From Bugula neritina (lineage: Eukaryota; Animalia; Bryozoa), in contig OZ037765.1 of NCBI GenBank assembly GCA_964035545.1, forward strand, positions 32,301,504 to 32,365,503: a stretch of 64,000 nt of DNA. Direction: 5' to 3'. Positions 11,511-25,628 of the stretch are shown piece by piece. Made by a program: the position numbers and the translations under genes. The notes beneath the pieces were generated by a model that was given only the letters and a program-made list of their open reading frames with translations, did not search any database and was not told where the DNA came from. How positions within the stretch are numbered: position 1 is the stretch's first letter; every line of letters begins with the position of its first letter.

Positions 11511-14500
11511 TATACCTCCCAAAATCACCATATCAACAATGGCTATAATATAACATAACTGTATCACAGCTAAAAGTATATATTATTTTTTTATGAAATT
11601 GAAAATTTTTGTTACAAGTAGTTGAAAGTTACTATTTTTTGTTATATTCCCAAAAGTGTTTATAATCTTTTCAAGTTCGGGACTTGGCAAAAAAATTATA
11701 ATATGAATTTTGGGGAAACTTTCCACCTCATAGCAAACAGTACACATTACATACTATTCTTGCTGACTTGCTGACTGTTTATGGTGTGGAGGAGATGACT
11801 ACTCAATATATAAAAATTTGGTACACTTGTCTGTCTGGACATCTCCTTAGTTTTTAAACTCTTGCTGACATTATTTTAATTTCAAGTAAGTCAGAAGTAT
11901 ATCCAAGTTTGAACTAAAATTTTCAACTGTGTAACACATTTAATATACTATAGGAATGCACGACCAATGATAACTATTGAAACATATAATACTTATCATT
12001 TTATATTTTGAAATAAAATTAATTTCCTAATTTTTTAAATTGGAAAAATAATTTTTCAACCAAAAGGCACATTGTTACTTGTTATTTTTACAATTTCACA
12101 GATTACTATATATACTGTGTTTTCTGAAGACAGTCAAGTTGTGTACATAATTATGTAATTTATGCAGGCTTATTATAACATTATATACACTTTATAGCAG
12201 AGCTGGGCAAAATGTTTCTTTAGTCAAATCAATAAGTTTAATAATTTGCATGTGAATGCTATTCTGTGACATAAAATTATAAAGTAAAAAAATAAAATAG
12301 TTAAAAAAACATATTTTTTAGGAGTAGCGCAATAATCAGCACTAAAACACATGAATGCACTTGGATAAATATTATATGATTGGGTTAATTTGTTTAATGA
12401 TTTTGGCTTTGTTCTCGATTGTTTTATGCATTTCTTTGCGTATTTTATATAGCAGTTAAATTGATAAAACAATTATTTATAAAATGACATAATTGAGAAA
12501 TGGGCTTAATAGAATTACTGAACTTTTTATTACTTATATTATTAGGTTTGATCTATAACTTTTGTAGTATCGTTAAATATTTTAGTTATATAAGTTTTGT
12601 ATTTGATTGAAATTGCAAAGTCTATGATTTTGTAAATTCTATAATAAAAATGGTGTTGAGTAAAAGTTAGAGATTAAAAAAAAAATTTCAATGCAATGAA
12701 GGTATTCCATATTTATCCAAATTTTAATTTTAAAGCTGCTATATGTCATCTTTATATAGCATTATATTTATTTTATCAAAATAATACTGCATCAAGTATG
12801 GAACCGTTTTCACAGCATCTTAATTGTGTTGATAGTTCATACTTTTGTTTTCATATAATATACTATTTCGGTATATGGCCAATAAAAGCTTGTAGCTTTG
12901 CTTTGCATTTAAATGCGTCTAGAAATAATATAAAATATGCATTCAGATATGACTTGAAACTTTTATATCGAAAGTTATAACTAACTTATAACTATTTATA
13001 TAACTATCACTATTTTATAACTAAATATTATGTCAGCAAATATATTATATTTCCACTTATTTTTACTTTCGCATAACTATATAAATTGAACATTGTGGCC
13101 TATTTTAGAATTGTATCCCCATGTAAGTGGCTATCAGCTGAGCAGGCACAAATGATATTCTCATCATAATATAGTTTTGAACTCAGAAACAGAAAGTTTG
13201 ATTGCATATGTTCCAATATCAGTGCATGGGAATACTGGTAATTAATAGACCAAACCTGCTGTATACTATCTTTATTTTATATACTACTTTGTCAACAATA
13301 GTCTGTGTTTTATAAGCCATAATTTTAAAAATTTTAGGTTCGGAGTTATATATAGAGAGGATAACTCCTCCAGCCTCAAACTAAATGACTTTAAATTAAT
13401 GCTTCCGCAGCAAAACAATTTTTTTAAAATTAATTTTGATTTTTGGTTAATTTTTTATTTAGTTATTAGCCTGCAGGCAACACAAATGCTGGGCAGTTTT
13501 ACACTGATGAGGCAGTCATAAATAAATTACAAGGTTTTTTTTACAACTAAAGCAAACATTTTATAATGAAAATAAACAAGCTATGACTGTAAAGAAAGAG
13601 CCTCTCTGCTAAAAGTAAGAATTAATAATAAGTCTACTCTGTAACAATTGCTACTGGGTTTGTGGTTATTGATTGTGCAAGCTAGTTGCTTGAATGCATG
13701 TTCACTATTATGATAAATATGATTATTATAGTGCTCGGTATTATTAATTAGTCGTGATGGTGAGTAATTATGAATATACTGCATGTATTAGCATTTGATA
13801 AAGGGCAATTATAGCAAGAGGTTGTTTTACAGGAAACTGGGTTAGTGTTTCACTGGCTTATTACTGCGTGTCAGTATCTTTTATTGTTGGTAGGTCACAT
13901 CTTGTCTTATATGGGGGGGGGGGGTTGTTAACACCAACATCGTACAATACACTTGAATATTGCAAATATCTTATTAAAATATTAACGTAAACAAACAACT
14001 TACAAACATATAATGCAATGTTGCTTCACAAAAGACATGAAATTAAATTCCAAACAATAGGCAAGACACACAATGCAATAACAATAACAAAAATAGAAAT
14101 ATTTGAAAACTTACTTTTCCTATTTTAAACATGTGCACTATTATGTATATTTCTCTTAATGGCCATGCTTTGCTTAAAAGCAGTCATAAATTGTAAAATA
14201 AAACATGTTTTCAAAAATTTGAAGAAATTTGAATTAATCGGCAACTTTTATATACTGCCCTTACAACAAGCTGTGTGCTCAATGAATTAAAAACATTTAT
14301 AATATAACTGGTCGGCTACTGCTTTATTTTTGAAGTTTTACACTGACCGCTTATAGTAATATCAGTAACCATTTGTGCCTGTTTGCACGATGTAATAGAT
14401 GAACTCTTAATACTCTCATTTTGAAAGTGCTAATATTTTGTGAAAATTAAAATAAAACCTCTTATCTGGTGTACACAACTGTTTAATACTCTGCACTGTA

Positions 14501-14872
14501 TGCATACACACAAATAAAAAATTAACAGCACTTTAGCCTATCATGATTATATTGTTTATGCAGAATAAATTATGCTAACAATAGTTTTAGAAATCTAGCA
14601 ATAAGTTGGAGTTGCTGTCTCGTGAATTTTTCCCCTCGCTCTGATTTCACGAGAGGTAACTCCTCCTTCGCTAAGCAGAATGAACCTATAATTTAATTCT
14701 ATGGCACATAGCGACCCCTGTCGGCATTTAGGACGTGGCTTGACGCTTGTTGGATGAAAAAGTTTGCTAGTAATTGAGTCAAGAATAGAAGAAATGTTGT
14801 AAGCAACTTAATCCGTAACAAATATATGCCATCCATAGCAACCTGACTATTTTTCTAAGTTAGGTTGAAAGT

Positions 14873-17800
14873 ATGAAACTCTCTATATTACTGTTGAATA
14901 TTTTATTAATAGCTTTTCCTTTTCAAGTATCAACTGATGAACACAGTCATTCCGTAAGTATTTTTTATTGACATATTTTTAAAGTTGATTTCGTTCAATA
15001 TCCACTTTTAGTTTTAGGCGTAGCCTTATAGTTATTGCTATTAATTATACTCTAGTGTTAGACGATGTAGAACTAGGCTGTTGTTTTATTAATGTTTTTT
15101 GAAAGATTTGCATTCAGGTTTTACCTTGAGCCTTGAGGCTTGAGCTTAAAATAAATTAAAATTTAATGATGTTCATATTAAATTTAATTATATTTATTAT
15201 CATTATGAAAATGATAATATTAATAACATAAAATTAAATATGAACTTCAAATTGAATATTCATATTGCAATAACACAAAGTGTCATATTCATTACGATTA
15301 GTCATTATGATTTTGAGTTAGATTATCATTGTGAATATTTAATATTTATATTTTTATTTAATTCTATAATATTATTATTAAAATAGTATTAATCATTAAT
15401 GCTAAGAGTTACTAAGAGTCAAGTTTAGCATTCAATAACTTAAATTATTTTATTTATAGTATCAATTATAATACTAATAGTAATATTAAATAATTAATTA
15501 ATAATATACCTGTAATAATATACTACTGTATATAGATTATACTACTGTCGAGATTCAAGACGAGTATCGGCATATAAATTATAAATATGAATATGAGGTT
15601 GGATTATGTCTGCAGTCACAGTCTTGGTAAGCGTAACACTAATGCGAGATTTATTTTTAGAGTCAAAATCACTATCAGAATGAATTTCAGTCAAAGTGAC
15701 AGTGTCTAACTCAGCGGTATGTGGGCTAACTGTAGCTCAAGATTCAATTTCATCGCTAAGTCAAAGCTTGACTTTTAATTTCTTGGACACTCATAGTCGT
15801 ACTCATAGTGATAATAATAGTTATAAGTATAACATTACGAGCCAGGCTAAAAGAGCAAGTGGTGGTAATACTAATAGTAATAGTCAAATGACATACCCAC
15901 ACCTTGATGTGAATTGTAACCTATTCTGATGATGATGATATAAATGTAAATAATAAAATAGCTACAGGCAAACTATAAAACTAGAGGTCTACTGTCTGAT
16001 AGTATTGGTTTTTAGATTTTTTATTAATACAATTTATTAGTTATAATTATGCTCATATCAGTAACACTAATCACTATCAACTAATTAGTAATTATAATAT
16101 AAAATATAATTTATCACTCATGGCCTAATGATCATAATTGTAATGATGAACAATTGTAAAATCATAGTGTTAGTAATAAATATTAGTATATTTATTCCAA
16201 TCAGGCTTGTCAAGTTTTGCTTTTAGTGAAATTAAGTTTAATTAGTAATTGTAGTAATGCTAAAAATAAAGATTAAATGACAATTACAACTAGTAAATTA
16301 AACTGCTAATTACATTAGGCTATGCTGAGCGTGTCTTTATTAGCCCAGCAATTCTAAGGATGTCACATAAACTACATCTGTAGTCAGATGTAGTTGGTAA
16401 ACTAAAATTTACTGAGTATTTGGCCTATTTACTGCTCCGGCAACACTAGCCTTGAGTAGACTCTGATTTTCACAAAATTAAAATTTGAAAACCAGTCAAA
16501 TGCTATCCTCCATGTTACATAGTCGTTAAACCTTGTAGTTTCTCAATGTATTTAGCAACTAATAGTTGTAATGATTATAGAACAGTTGATTTTAATGTGG
16601 CAAATGCAACGATTGAGTTGAACCATTACTGAGGGAGTGAGCAAAGTTGTAATTATTTATAGAGCAGTTGGGTCTATCAACTTCAAGTATAATATTTGTA
16701 TGAATATATCTCTTGGACCTGGCTATTAACCTGTGTGTAACTCAATTACTTTTCCGCTAAACTCAGAAAGAAAATTAGAGTGAAATAATTGTTATCTTGA
16801 TGAGTAGAAGTGTGTCCTAATGGTAAAATGTGATGATGGTTGAAGATTCCATGAAAACTAAGTAGTTTAATAACTTGAAACAGACCTGATGCAGTATACA
16901 AAGTTGAACCAGTCAATTATCCATTAGTGAATTATAGGCATGCCTATAATTGTAATGAATGAGAACCTGTGCTGTGAAGTTTCAAGTCTTGGGTCTTACA
17001 CTTAGACCAAGTTTCTCGTGATTTGCAGTATGAAGACGAGGAGGAAGTAGTGCTGTGGATGAACACGGTCGGTCCGTACAGCAATCGGCAGGAGACATAC
17101 GAGTACTACTCGCTGCCGTTTTGTGCTGGACCAAAGTCAGCCATCGGCCATTACCATGAAACCTTGGGTGAAGCCTTGCAGGGCACTGAGCTGGAGTTCA
17201 GTGGCTTAGATATAGACTTTAAAAGTGAGGGTTGCTCTAGTTTTCACATGTCTATTCATACATACTGACTGATATCCATTCAATTCCTTAGCATATTTCC
17301 ACCCTTGTATATCATGCAATTTATTTGTTGATGTTCATATATTTATGCCAAGTAAATTCAGCAAATTTCAAACTTATTATATAAAAGGTGCTATCTGATG
17401 GAATATTTTAATATGTGTAATGATTGTTTATGATATTAATGCTATTGGGGTAATAATCCTTGACCCTAATTGCTCTTTGCACATGTCTGCTTATGCTCTA
17501 CACTTCTGTTGTGTTGTATATACTCCACACCCCCTGCTGTCTTCAGTATGCTCCACACCCCCTGCTGTCTTCAGTATGCTCCACACCCCCTGCTGTATTC
17601 AGTATGCTCTACACCCCCTGCTGTCTTCAGTATGCTCTACACCCCCTGCCTTGTTGTATATACTCCAAACCCCCTGCTATCATCTATATGCTCTACACCC
17701 CCTGCTGTCTTCAGTATGCTGTACACTCCTTTAATGTTGTATATATTACAGAGGATGTAGAGTCTACTCAATACTGTAAGATCACGGTGAGTGAAGACAA

Positions 17801-20800
17801 ACTGTACGCCCTCGTATACGCTGTGAAGAACCACTACTGGTACCAGATGTACCTGGACGATCTCCCTATTTGGGGTGTGTGCTAACTTATCACTATAATA
17901 TCTATGTTTATTAGTGGTATATGCATCTATCCTCTTACTTATGTACAGAGAGTTGTAGTGTAATCATACTATTTATATTTATACCTGCTAAACAATGTAT
18001 ATACTTGTATAAGCATGTTATCGTAGCGGCTAGTGGTGGAAGTGTGCTTTAGTCGAGGGGTTGTGTGTACACACCTGTAGCAGGGGTGTATACAGTGTGT
18101 CTGCACTTATAGTAGAAGGCGTACTTTGATACAGTCTATACTGGATATACAGATACAGTGTGTACTGAAACATGTGTAGGCAAGACCTGGCTGTATACTC
18201 ATGTAGGCTGTTCACTACTCTCTATGTGCTAGTATCTGATTCCCTGAAGTGATATGTTGTGCAGGCATTGTGGGAGAGAGTAAAGAAGGGGAGCACTTCA
18301 TCTGGACCCACAAGAAGCTAGAAATCGGGTACAATGGCAAGCAGATTGTGGATGTCAACCTGACTAGTGATGCCAAGGTCCAGCTAGTTAAAGATGCTGA
18401 GATCTCCTTCACCTATGAGGTAAACCATCCACTCTGTATTGAGTAATGCTCAGTTGTGCAGTTGGTTAGTAGTTGGATGTGTTCTCTATACGCTGTCTTG
18501 CCATGTTCAGGTGAGATGGAAGCCGTCGCAAGTCAAGTTTGAGGATCGATTTGATAAATATCTGGACCCGAGCTTCTTCCAACATCGAGTGAGTTGAGTT
18601 TAACTTCATTCTTGCGTTTAATCTGACTTTAATGTGCTTAAACTGAAGATATAATTTAGTTAAGTAGGCTTTTATTTTTACCACGATTAAATCTCGGAGG
18701 TTTGTGCTAGTTGAGGGTGTTACTCATTGTGTCTCTCTTGTCCACAGATCCACTGGTTCTCCATATTCAACTCGTTTATGATGGTCATCTTCCTGGTGGG
18801 TCTGGTCAGTATGATTCTGCTGAGAACTCTGAGGAAGGACTATGCTCGGTACAGCAAAGACGACGAGCTGGATGAGATGGTGAGTGTATGCCATCTCCCC
18901 CTCTCTCTTTCTCCCCCCCCCCTCTCTCTCTCCCTCTCTCTATCTCTCTCCCTCTCTCTCCCCCTCTCTATCTCTCTCCCTCCCTCCCTCTCTCCTTCTC
19001 TCTCTCTCTCCCCCTCTCCCCCTCTCTCCCCCTCTCTCCCCCTCTCTCTTTCTCCCTCTCTCTCTCTGGCTATCCTAGTGGGTCTCCAGTATCCCCATTA
19101 GCTGAGTAGTGTAGGTCATAGTGTCATTCCTCTAATCCACTCGGCCAGACAATCCTATCCCCAGTGAATGTGATGACTTTGACGTTTGTTTTACACTTCT
19201 TGTCATCTATTAACTTGCCACTGCTATCTATTATGAATTAACTGTCTTATGAGTGCATTTCAATCATCAGGAAGTGATCTTTCATATAAAGTCTTGAGAC
19301 ACGTCAGTTCCCACTTCCCTGTCACTCTACTTCCAGTGTTTCCAAAGTCTGGACATTGTACACACAGCACACATATATAAGTCAAGTGTTGTGTTTAAAC
19401 TGTATATGTGTCTTAGCAAAGCTGCTTCTATCCTGCAGGAAAAAGACCTTGGAGATGAGTATGGCTGGAAGCAGGTACACGGGGACGTGTTCAGGCCACC
19501 CGCATACCCACTCTTATTCTCAGCTATAGTTGGCAGTGGGTATCAGCTACTGCTGGTTTCTCTCTTTGTCATTTTATTTGCTATGATTGGCGACCTGTAC
19601 GAGGAGAGAGGGTCTATGCTGGGTACCGTCATCTTTGTCTACGCCGCAACTTCTCCTGTGAACGGCTACTTTGGTGGGAGTCTGTATGCCAGACTTGGAG
19701 GTGGGTTTCAGTGTTGTGTACAGGCTGTATGTTATACTCTACACACTGTATATTACACTCTACACACTGTATATTACACTCTACACACTGTATATTACAC
19801 TCTACACACTGTATATTACACTCTACACTCTGTATATTACACTCTACACTCTGTATATTACACTCTACACACTGTATGTTACACTCTACACACTGTATAT
19901 TACACTCTACACTCTGTATATTACACTCTACACTCTGTATATTACACTCTACACACTGTATATTACACTCTACACACTGTATATTACACTCTACACACTG
20001 TATATTACACTCTACACACTGTATGTTACACTCTACACACTGTATATTACACTCTACACTCTGTATATTACACTCTACACACTGTATATTACAGGTAAAC
20101 AGTGGATCAAGCAGATGGTAATCAGTGCGGCTCTCCTCCCCCTCAACATCTGTGCCATGGTCTTCTCCATCAACTTCATAGCCATATATTACCACGCCTC
20201 TCGGGCCATTCCATTTGGCACAATGGTACGTACCTTCCTGTACTACCTCCCTTCAATATATATGTGTGTACTGTCTACTGTCTAGTGGATAGTTCACAGT
20301 GCTGCTATTGTGTCTGTTGCAGGTGGCTATCGCATGCATCTGTCTGTTTGTCATCCTGCCACTGACGCTGGTAGGCACGGTGCTGGGCCGCAATATATCT
20401 GGCCAGGCCAACTATCCGTGCAGAATCAATGCGGTGCCCAGACCTATTCCGGAGAAAAAGTGGTTCATGGAGCCGGCGATTATAACTCTGCTGGGAGGAG
20501 TTCTTCCCTTCGGCTCCATCTTCATTGAGATGTGAGTATCTGTGTACGTGTACGTGTAAGTCTCTTAGTGCTGACAGTGTACGTGTAGTGTAAGTCTCTT
20601 AGTGCTGACAGTGTACGTGTAGTGTAAGTCTCTTAGTGCTGACAGTGTACGTGTAGTGTAAGTCTCTTAGTGCTGACAGTGTACGTGTAGTGTAAGTCTC
20701 TTAGTAATGACAGTGTGCGTGTAGTGTAAGTCTCTTAGTGCTGACAGTGTACGTGTAGTGTAAGTCTCTTAGTGCTGACAGTGTACGTGTAGTGTAAGTC

Positions 20801-22797
20801 TCTTAGTGCTGACAGTGTGTGTAGTGTATGTTCCTTAGTGCTGACAGTGTATGTGTAGTGTAAGTCTCTTAGTAATGACAGTGTACGTGTAGTGTAAGTC
20901 TCTTAGTGCTGACAGTGTACGTGTAGTGTAAGTCTCTTAGTAATGACAGTGTACATGCAGTGTAAGTCTCTTACTGCTGACAGTGTACGTGTAGTGCAAG
21001 TCTCTTAGTGCTGACAGTGTACGTGTAGTGTAAGTCTCTTAGTGCTGACACTGTACGTGTAACACTGCAGCCATTAGAGGCACTGTGTGACTTCTCATAG
21101 TATTGACTTTCTCTAAACACTTACCTGTGTACTATCTGTACTGTATATGCATAGGTAAGTTTCTATAATTGGTTTACATACTTACTATATGTGCAATATG
21201 CATCTACTTTATATGATAACTCTACTTACTCTACATACACTTACTCTTTATATACATACTCTACATATTCTACATATACTCACTTTTCAAACACTTACTC
21301 TACATACTCTGTACTTATTCTACATACACTCACTCTACATGTACTTACTCTACATACATTTACTCTACTTACTCTACATACTCTGTACTTACTACTCTCT
21401 GTTTGCAGGTACTTTATCTTCACCTCCTTCTGGGCCTACAAGATCTACTACGTGTACGGGTTTATGATGCTCGTGTTCCTCATCATGGTCATAGTGACTG
21501 TGTGCGTCACCATCGTCTGTACTTACTTCTTGCTCAATGCCGAGGACTACCGGTGGTAAGTTACAACCTCTACTTACATCTACCTACAATTACAGTATGT
21601 ACCTACACTTACAGTATGTACTTACACATCTTACTATGTATTGACGTACGTTTACAGGCAGTGGACTAGCTTCTGTTCAGCCGGCTCCATCTCCCTGTAT
21701 ATCTACATATATGCCTTCTATTATTACTTCTTCAAGACCAAGTAAGTCTCTCCCTGTATATCTACGGTCTACACGTTCTGCTTAGCATCAGATATTGTGT
21801 AACTCGTAATGTCAGACTGAACAGGCATTTCTGTTAATATGAAATCCAATAATCGAACGCTATGCTCCCAACATGTTACTCCCTCGGTTTAGCACAGTAG
21901 CTGCCTGGGTTTCCTGTATCCACTTGGCCGTAGGCACTCCTTACACCCAGCTCCGTAGCACCTGAATGGGTGAATTCAAACCAGCGAGCTCAAGTAACTC
22001 TAAGAGTTAGGAATGATTGTGCAATTGTGTTTTGTAGGATGTATGGTCTATTTCAAACGACATTCTACTTTGGTTACATGGCACTATTCAGCTTAGCCCT
22101 GGGCATCATGACAGGTAACTCTTAGCCTTGCTTACTAGTATTATTTACATCTTAAGGGTAGGTGCAGTAATTTGTAGTGCAGGGCGTTATATGCCAAGCC
22201 AACAATTATAAACCCAGGCGAAGGGAAAGTCTGTATTTTTGCACCTGACCAACATGTACCATGTAGGAGTTATCTCATCTCTACCCTAGAAACCTCTGCA
22301 GTGTTGTCATCAAAGCACTGTAATGTGTGATCAGAGTTAGGGTTACAGTAAAATAGTTGGCAAGTCTGATATGCAAATAGATAAAATATCTAAAGCAAAT
22401 ATGGATCCAAGGAGAACATTGAAACATGTATGTGAGAGTATCACAGCCCTTGAAGTTGTGTGCCTAAAGGCAACCAATCAATGCGATTGTAACATATAAA
22501 ATCTATTTATTTATAGCCTGCTGACATAAGCAGCATTTGGCTTTCTGCCAAGCTGCCGGTATTTCATTGGGTAGATTTCATCACAAGGAATTTATTAGCT
22601 GTTTACAGTTGCACATGACTTTCTGCAGGTCACTACTCTTTGCTGTCTCTCTGTTCAGTGGATTTATTCACTGCGGAGCTACTATGTAGTTAGTTCAAGT
22701 CTAATCATACTGTTGTTGGCATTATTCAGGTACCGTGGGATACGTGGGAACCAGCTTCTTTGTACACACCATATATTCAACAGTGAAAATAGACTGA
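14873..22797 (+). CDS. TM9SF3: Transmembrane 9 superfamily member 3 (nonaspanin)
   Basis: 13 exons: 14873-14953, 17029-17224, 17752-17874, 18265-18419, 18511-18588, 18748-18879, 19439-19700, 20095-20225, 20323-20531, 21409-21555, 21658-21741, 22038-22114, 22730-22797. All introns are GT-AG and the frame is continuous. Signal peptide, then [59 protein letters not shown] and C-terminal VKID*. Confidence 0.97.
17519..17725. repeat. 28-bp minisatellite in TM9SF3 intron 2
   Basis: About 7 copies of CTCCACACCCCCTGCTGTCTTCAGTATG ending just before the exon 3 acceptor. Confidence 0.9.
18893..19067. repeat. CT-rich polypyrimidine microsatellite
   Basis: Near-pure C/T tract starting ~13 nt after the exon 6 donor. 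Confidence 0.9.
19727..20094. repeat. 21-bp minisatellite filling TM9SF3 intron 7
   Basis: About 17 copies of TACACTCTACACACTGTATAT. The last unit reads TATTACAG and forms the 3' splice site. Confidence 0.95.
20541..21062. repeat. 34-bp minisatellite in TM9SF3 intron 9
   Basis: About 15 copies of GTGTACGTGTAGTGTAAGTCTCTTAGTGCTGACA. Confidence 0.95.
21200..21400. repeat. Degenerate TACTCTACATAC-type low-complexity repeat
   Basis: Repeating tactct/tacata words up to the exon 10 acceptor. Confidence 0.75.
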
Positions 22798-25628
22798 GTG
22801 CCCTCTACCATCACCACCACTCAGGCTACACACTGCAGTACTGCTGAGCTAGCTAAAGTCCTGAACACACTCACGATATTCCCAATAATTATTGTTAGTT
22901 GTACAGTTACACTATCAACTTATAATATATTCTATAATAAAGTTTCACCACATATGCTCTACTCTACTCCTTTCTTGTTAACACTGAAAGTTATTTTTAG
23001 CAGTTGTTTTTGTCTGGAATACTAGTAAATCAGTCTGTATTATTTGTACCAATACGTATTTCTCAGCCTCCTGTCTCCCAGGGCGAACAATTTCTGTTAG
23101 CGGTGTACATTGTGTTTTGATTGTTGAGAAATTATGTTATTGTAACATCAACTGGACTCGTAGAGTGTGTTATTTAATTTAGTAAAAATGATTTGAACTG
23201 TCCACCTTTAGCATGTGTTTCTCTATGACAACATTAACATTGTTTAATCTCTGCTAATTTACACTATGTGATAAAATGTATTATTTATTCAAATATAATT
23301 TGTCAAACCGACATACTATGTTATGTTTTCCAACTAAAAACATTTATTATCTCAAAGTTTACTTGTCTCTACGTCTGCTCTGCATTGAAGCAATTTGTCT
23401 GTTAACTGATTAGCAAAGGAGCAACAGCAATGCATAATTATCCAGCAAAATAACTTGCAGTGAAAAATGATATTCCACAATCAGAATAAAATAATTATAT
23501 TCTACTACATTCGAAGCCATAGCTTTTAACCAAAGGTACTCTGCTTTCCTAAATGAAAGCGCCAGTGAAAATGGGAGGGTCTTTCTCTACTAGTGCTACA
23601 TGCACATGATTTAAATAGAGTGTATAAGTGGGCGAATGTGGGATTTTTCTATTGCAGATAGTTATTAGATATAATTATCTTTGTTCATGTAACACTAATT
23701 ACAGCAAATTAGCGCAGCGTTAGAACTCAAATAACCAGATGGAGTATAATTAGTCTGTATGTTCCAATCACTGCAGCTACCTGCCGTATGCTGCCTGCTG
23801 TACGCTGCCTGCTAGGTCCAAACTGCTGCCTCTATATTCAACATGCACGAGATGCTTGTAAGGCATGGAGTGTTGCTAAAGTCAATGCAGCGAAACAATG
23901 AGTATACCTGTTTCTTCTAATGCTTAAGTTTTGCGCAGTCATACAATATGATATTACCTGAGCATTCAATTAGATATGTGCAAATATAATGTGTCAACTC
24001 AGGGCAACTTATAATTCTTGATTTAAAGAACAATAGAAAAGGCCTCCTGTGATTTGGAGTTATGCCAGCATTCCTAACTGCTTTGTTTGGATAACCCTCT
24101 GCTACAGCTTAGTCATTACAATGGTCTATTGAAAGTTATGACATTACAACTTAGGTAAACTTGATGTCTAAAATTAGCTGCTAGTTGCAGTGTTATAATC
24201 AAGGCACACATGCAATGGAGCTGCAAGTGAAATCAAATTTATTATTTATTGAAATCTTATTAGCTAGATTTTCGCTAAACTTTTAACAAACTCAATATTA
24301 CATCAATCATATTATGTTTCAACTCACATTAAAATCAGTTTAATCTTTGAGTGTGAAAATAATTTTTTTATACAATTAGCATCCTTGCTTGACTTTTGTC
24401 TGTCACAGTAGTGCAGCTGATTATGTAATAAGGATTCCTTTGGTGTGCATAGGCTATACATGTTATTACCATTTAGTAATGTTAATTAATGTATTTATAG
24501 TTTATCTACATGGAGTATTAAACAGCTTTAAGAATCCCTGACGCATTTCGTTTATAATGCAGTATTAAAATATTCATACATGTTTTAGCTATCATTTACA
24601 GACTCAAATGCTCAAACAATTCATTTTTATAAGAAATTCTATGCCCATGCTGGTGGCGTTTTCATTATGTTCTGAAGTCCACGATATTATAAAACTAGTA
24701 GTAATTATAGCTGGCCTTCATTGCATGCTATTCTTAACTGCTACAACACACAGCCTAATCATTGAGCTGGCTTGAACATTAAAACTTTAAGGCCAGCTCA
24801 ATGATTAAATAAAATAATAAAAGAATATTGAAATACTAAACATGTATAATGTTGTGACTGAAAAGGTTTTCATTAGACTAATAAAAGCTGAAGTAGCCCA
24901 TTATTATATTCATTTATATATCAGTGTATAGTCAACAGGATGTATTCTTATAAGATATTGTATTGTTGTTTATAATATATCCTTTATTGTGCAGTTATAA
25001 GTTATTGTCAATTGTTAATAATAGCAACACCAGAAATGTTCATTATAATGCATGCATAAAAGGTATATTTGACTTTAGGTAAATCCAAGTTTATAGATTT
25101 TGAGGTCAGTCAATATTTGTTTGCAAAACTTATTTAATCAAACATTATGCGACAAGAATTCAACAAAAACAAATATGTAATAAGGCTGGTATAAAAGTAA
25201 CTAGCACGTATCTTGAGCAAACCATTATGCTACAACTCACTGCAAAATCTACCTTAATACTTTCCATAAACACAGATGAATTTAAAAACAAAACAAGCAT
25301 CTTCACATGAAGAGTACAAAATAAATTTATATACATTGACACTTAAAGTTATATATATATACTACATATATGGTAATATAATGATAATATTATATATAAC
25401 ATTATTTATACAACATTACCATATTATTCATTATAAGAAATCAATATTGTGTATAAACAAAGCCTTAAATTGACTATACTTAGTTTTATTGATAGAAAAA
25501 TATCCACCTGCTGCTTGTAACAAAGCCAATTATTGCTCTAGTCAACTGTCTATGACAAGCCAATACCATATACATATACAGAGGGGAGACAAAACTTGCT
25601 ATAGGTTGGAATATTCAAGGAGATGCTT

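Noticed and set aside
12224-13784. Several 60-95 aa AT-rich ORFs (and similar ones throughout introns)
   Set aside because: Composition matches non-coding AT-rich DNA (F/I/L/Y/N-rich), with no motifs or splice-consistent partners.
18030-18110. Short inverted match to the 28-bp repeat across TM9SF3 exon 3
   Set aside because: Only ~13 bp of complementarity; too short to claim a structure.
19629-20285. Overlapping repeat ORFs ([21 protein letters not shown])
   Set aside because: Artefacts of the 21-bp intronic minisatellite. The true TM9SF3 frame is restored by splicing 19700^20095.
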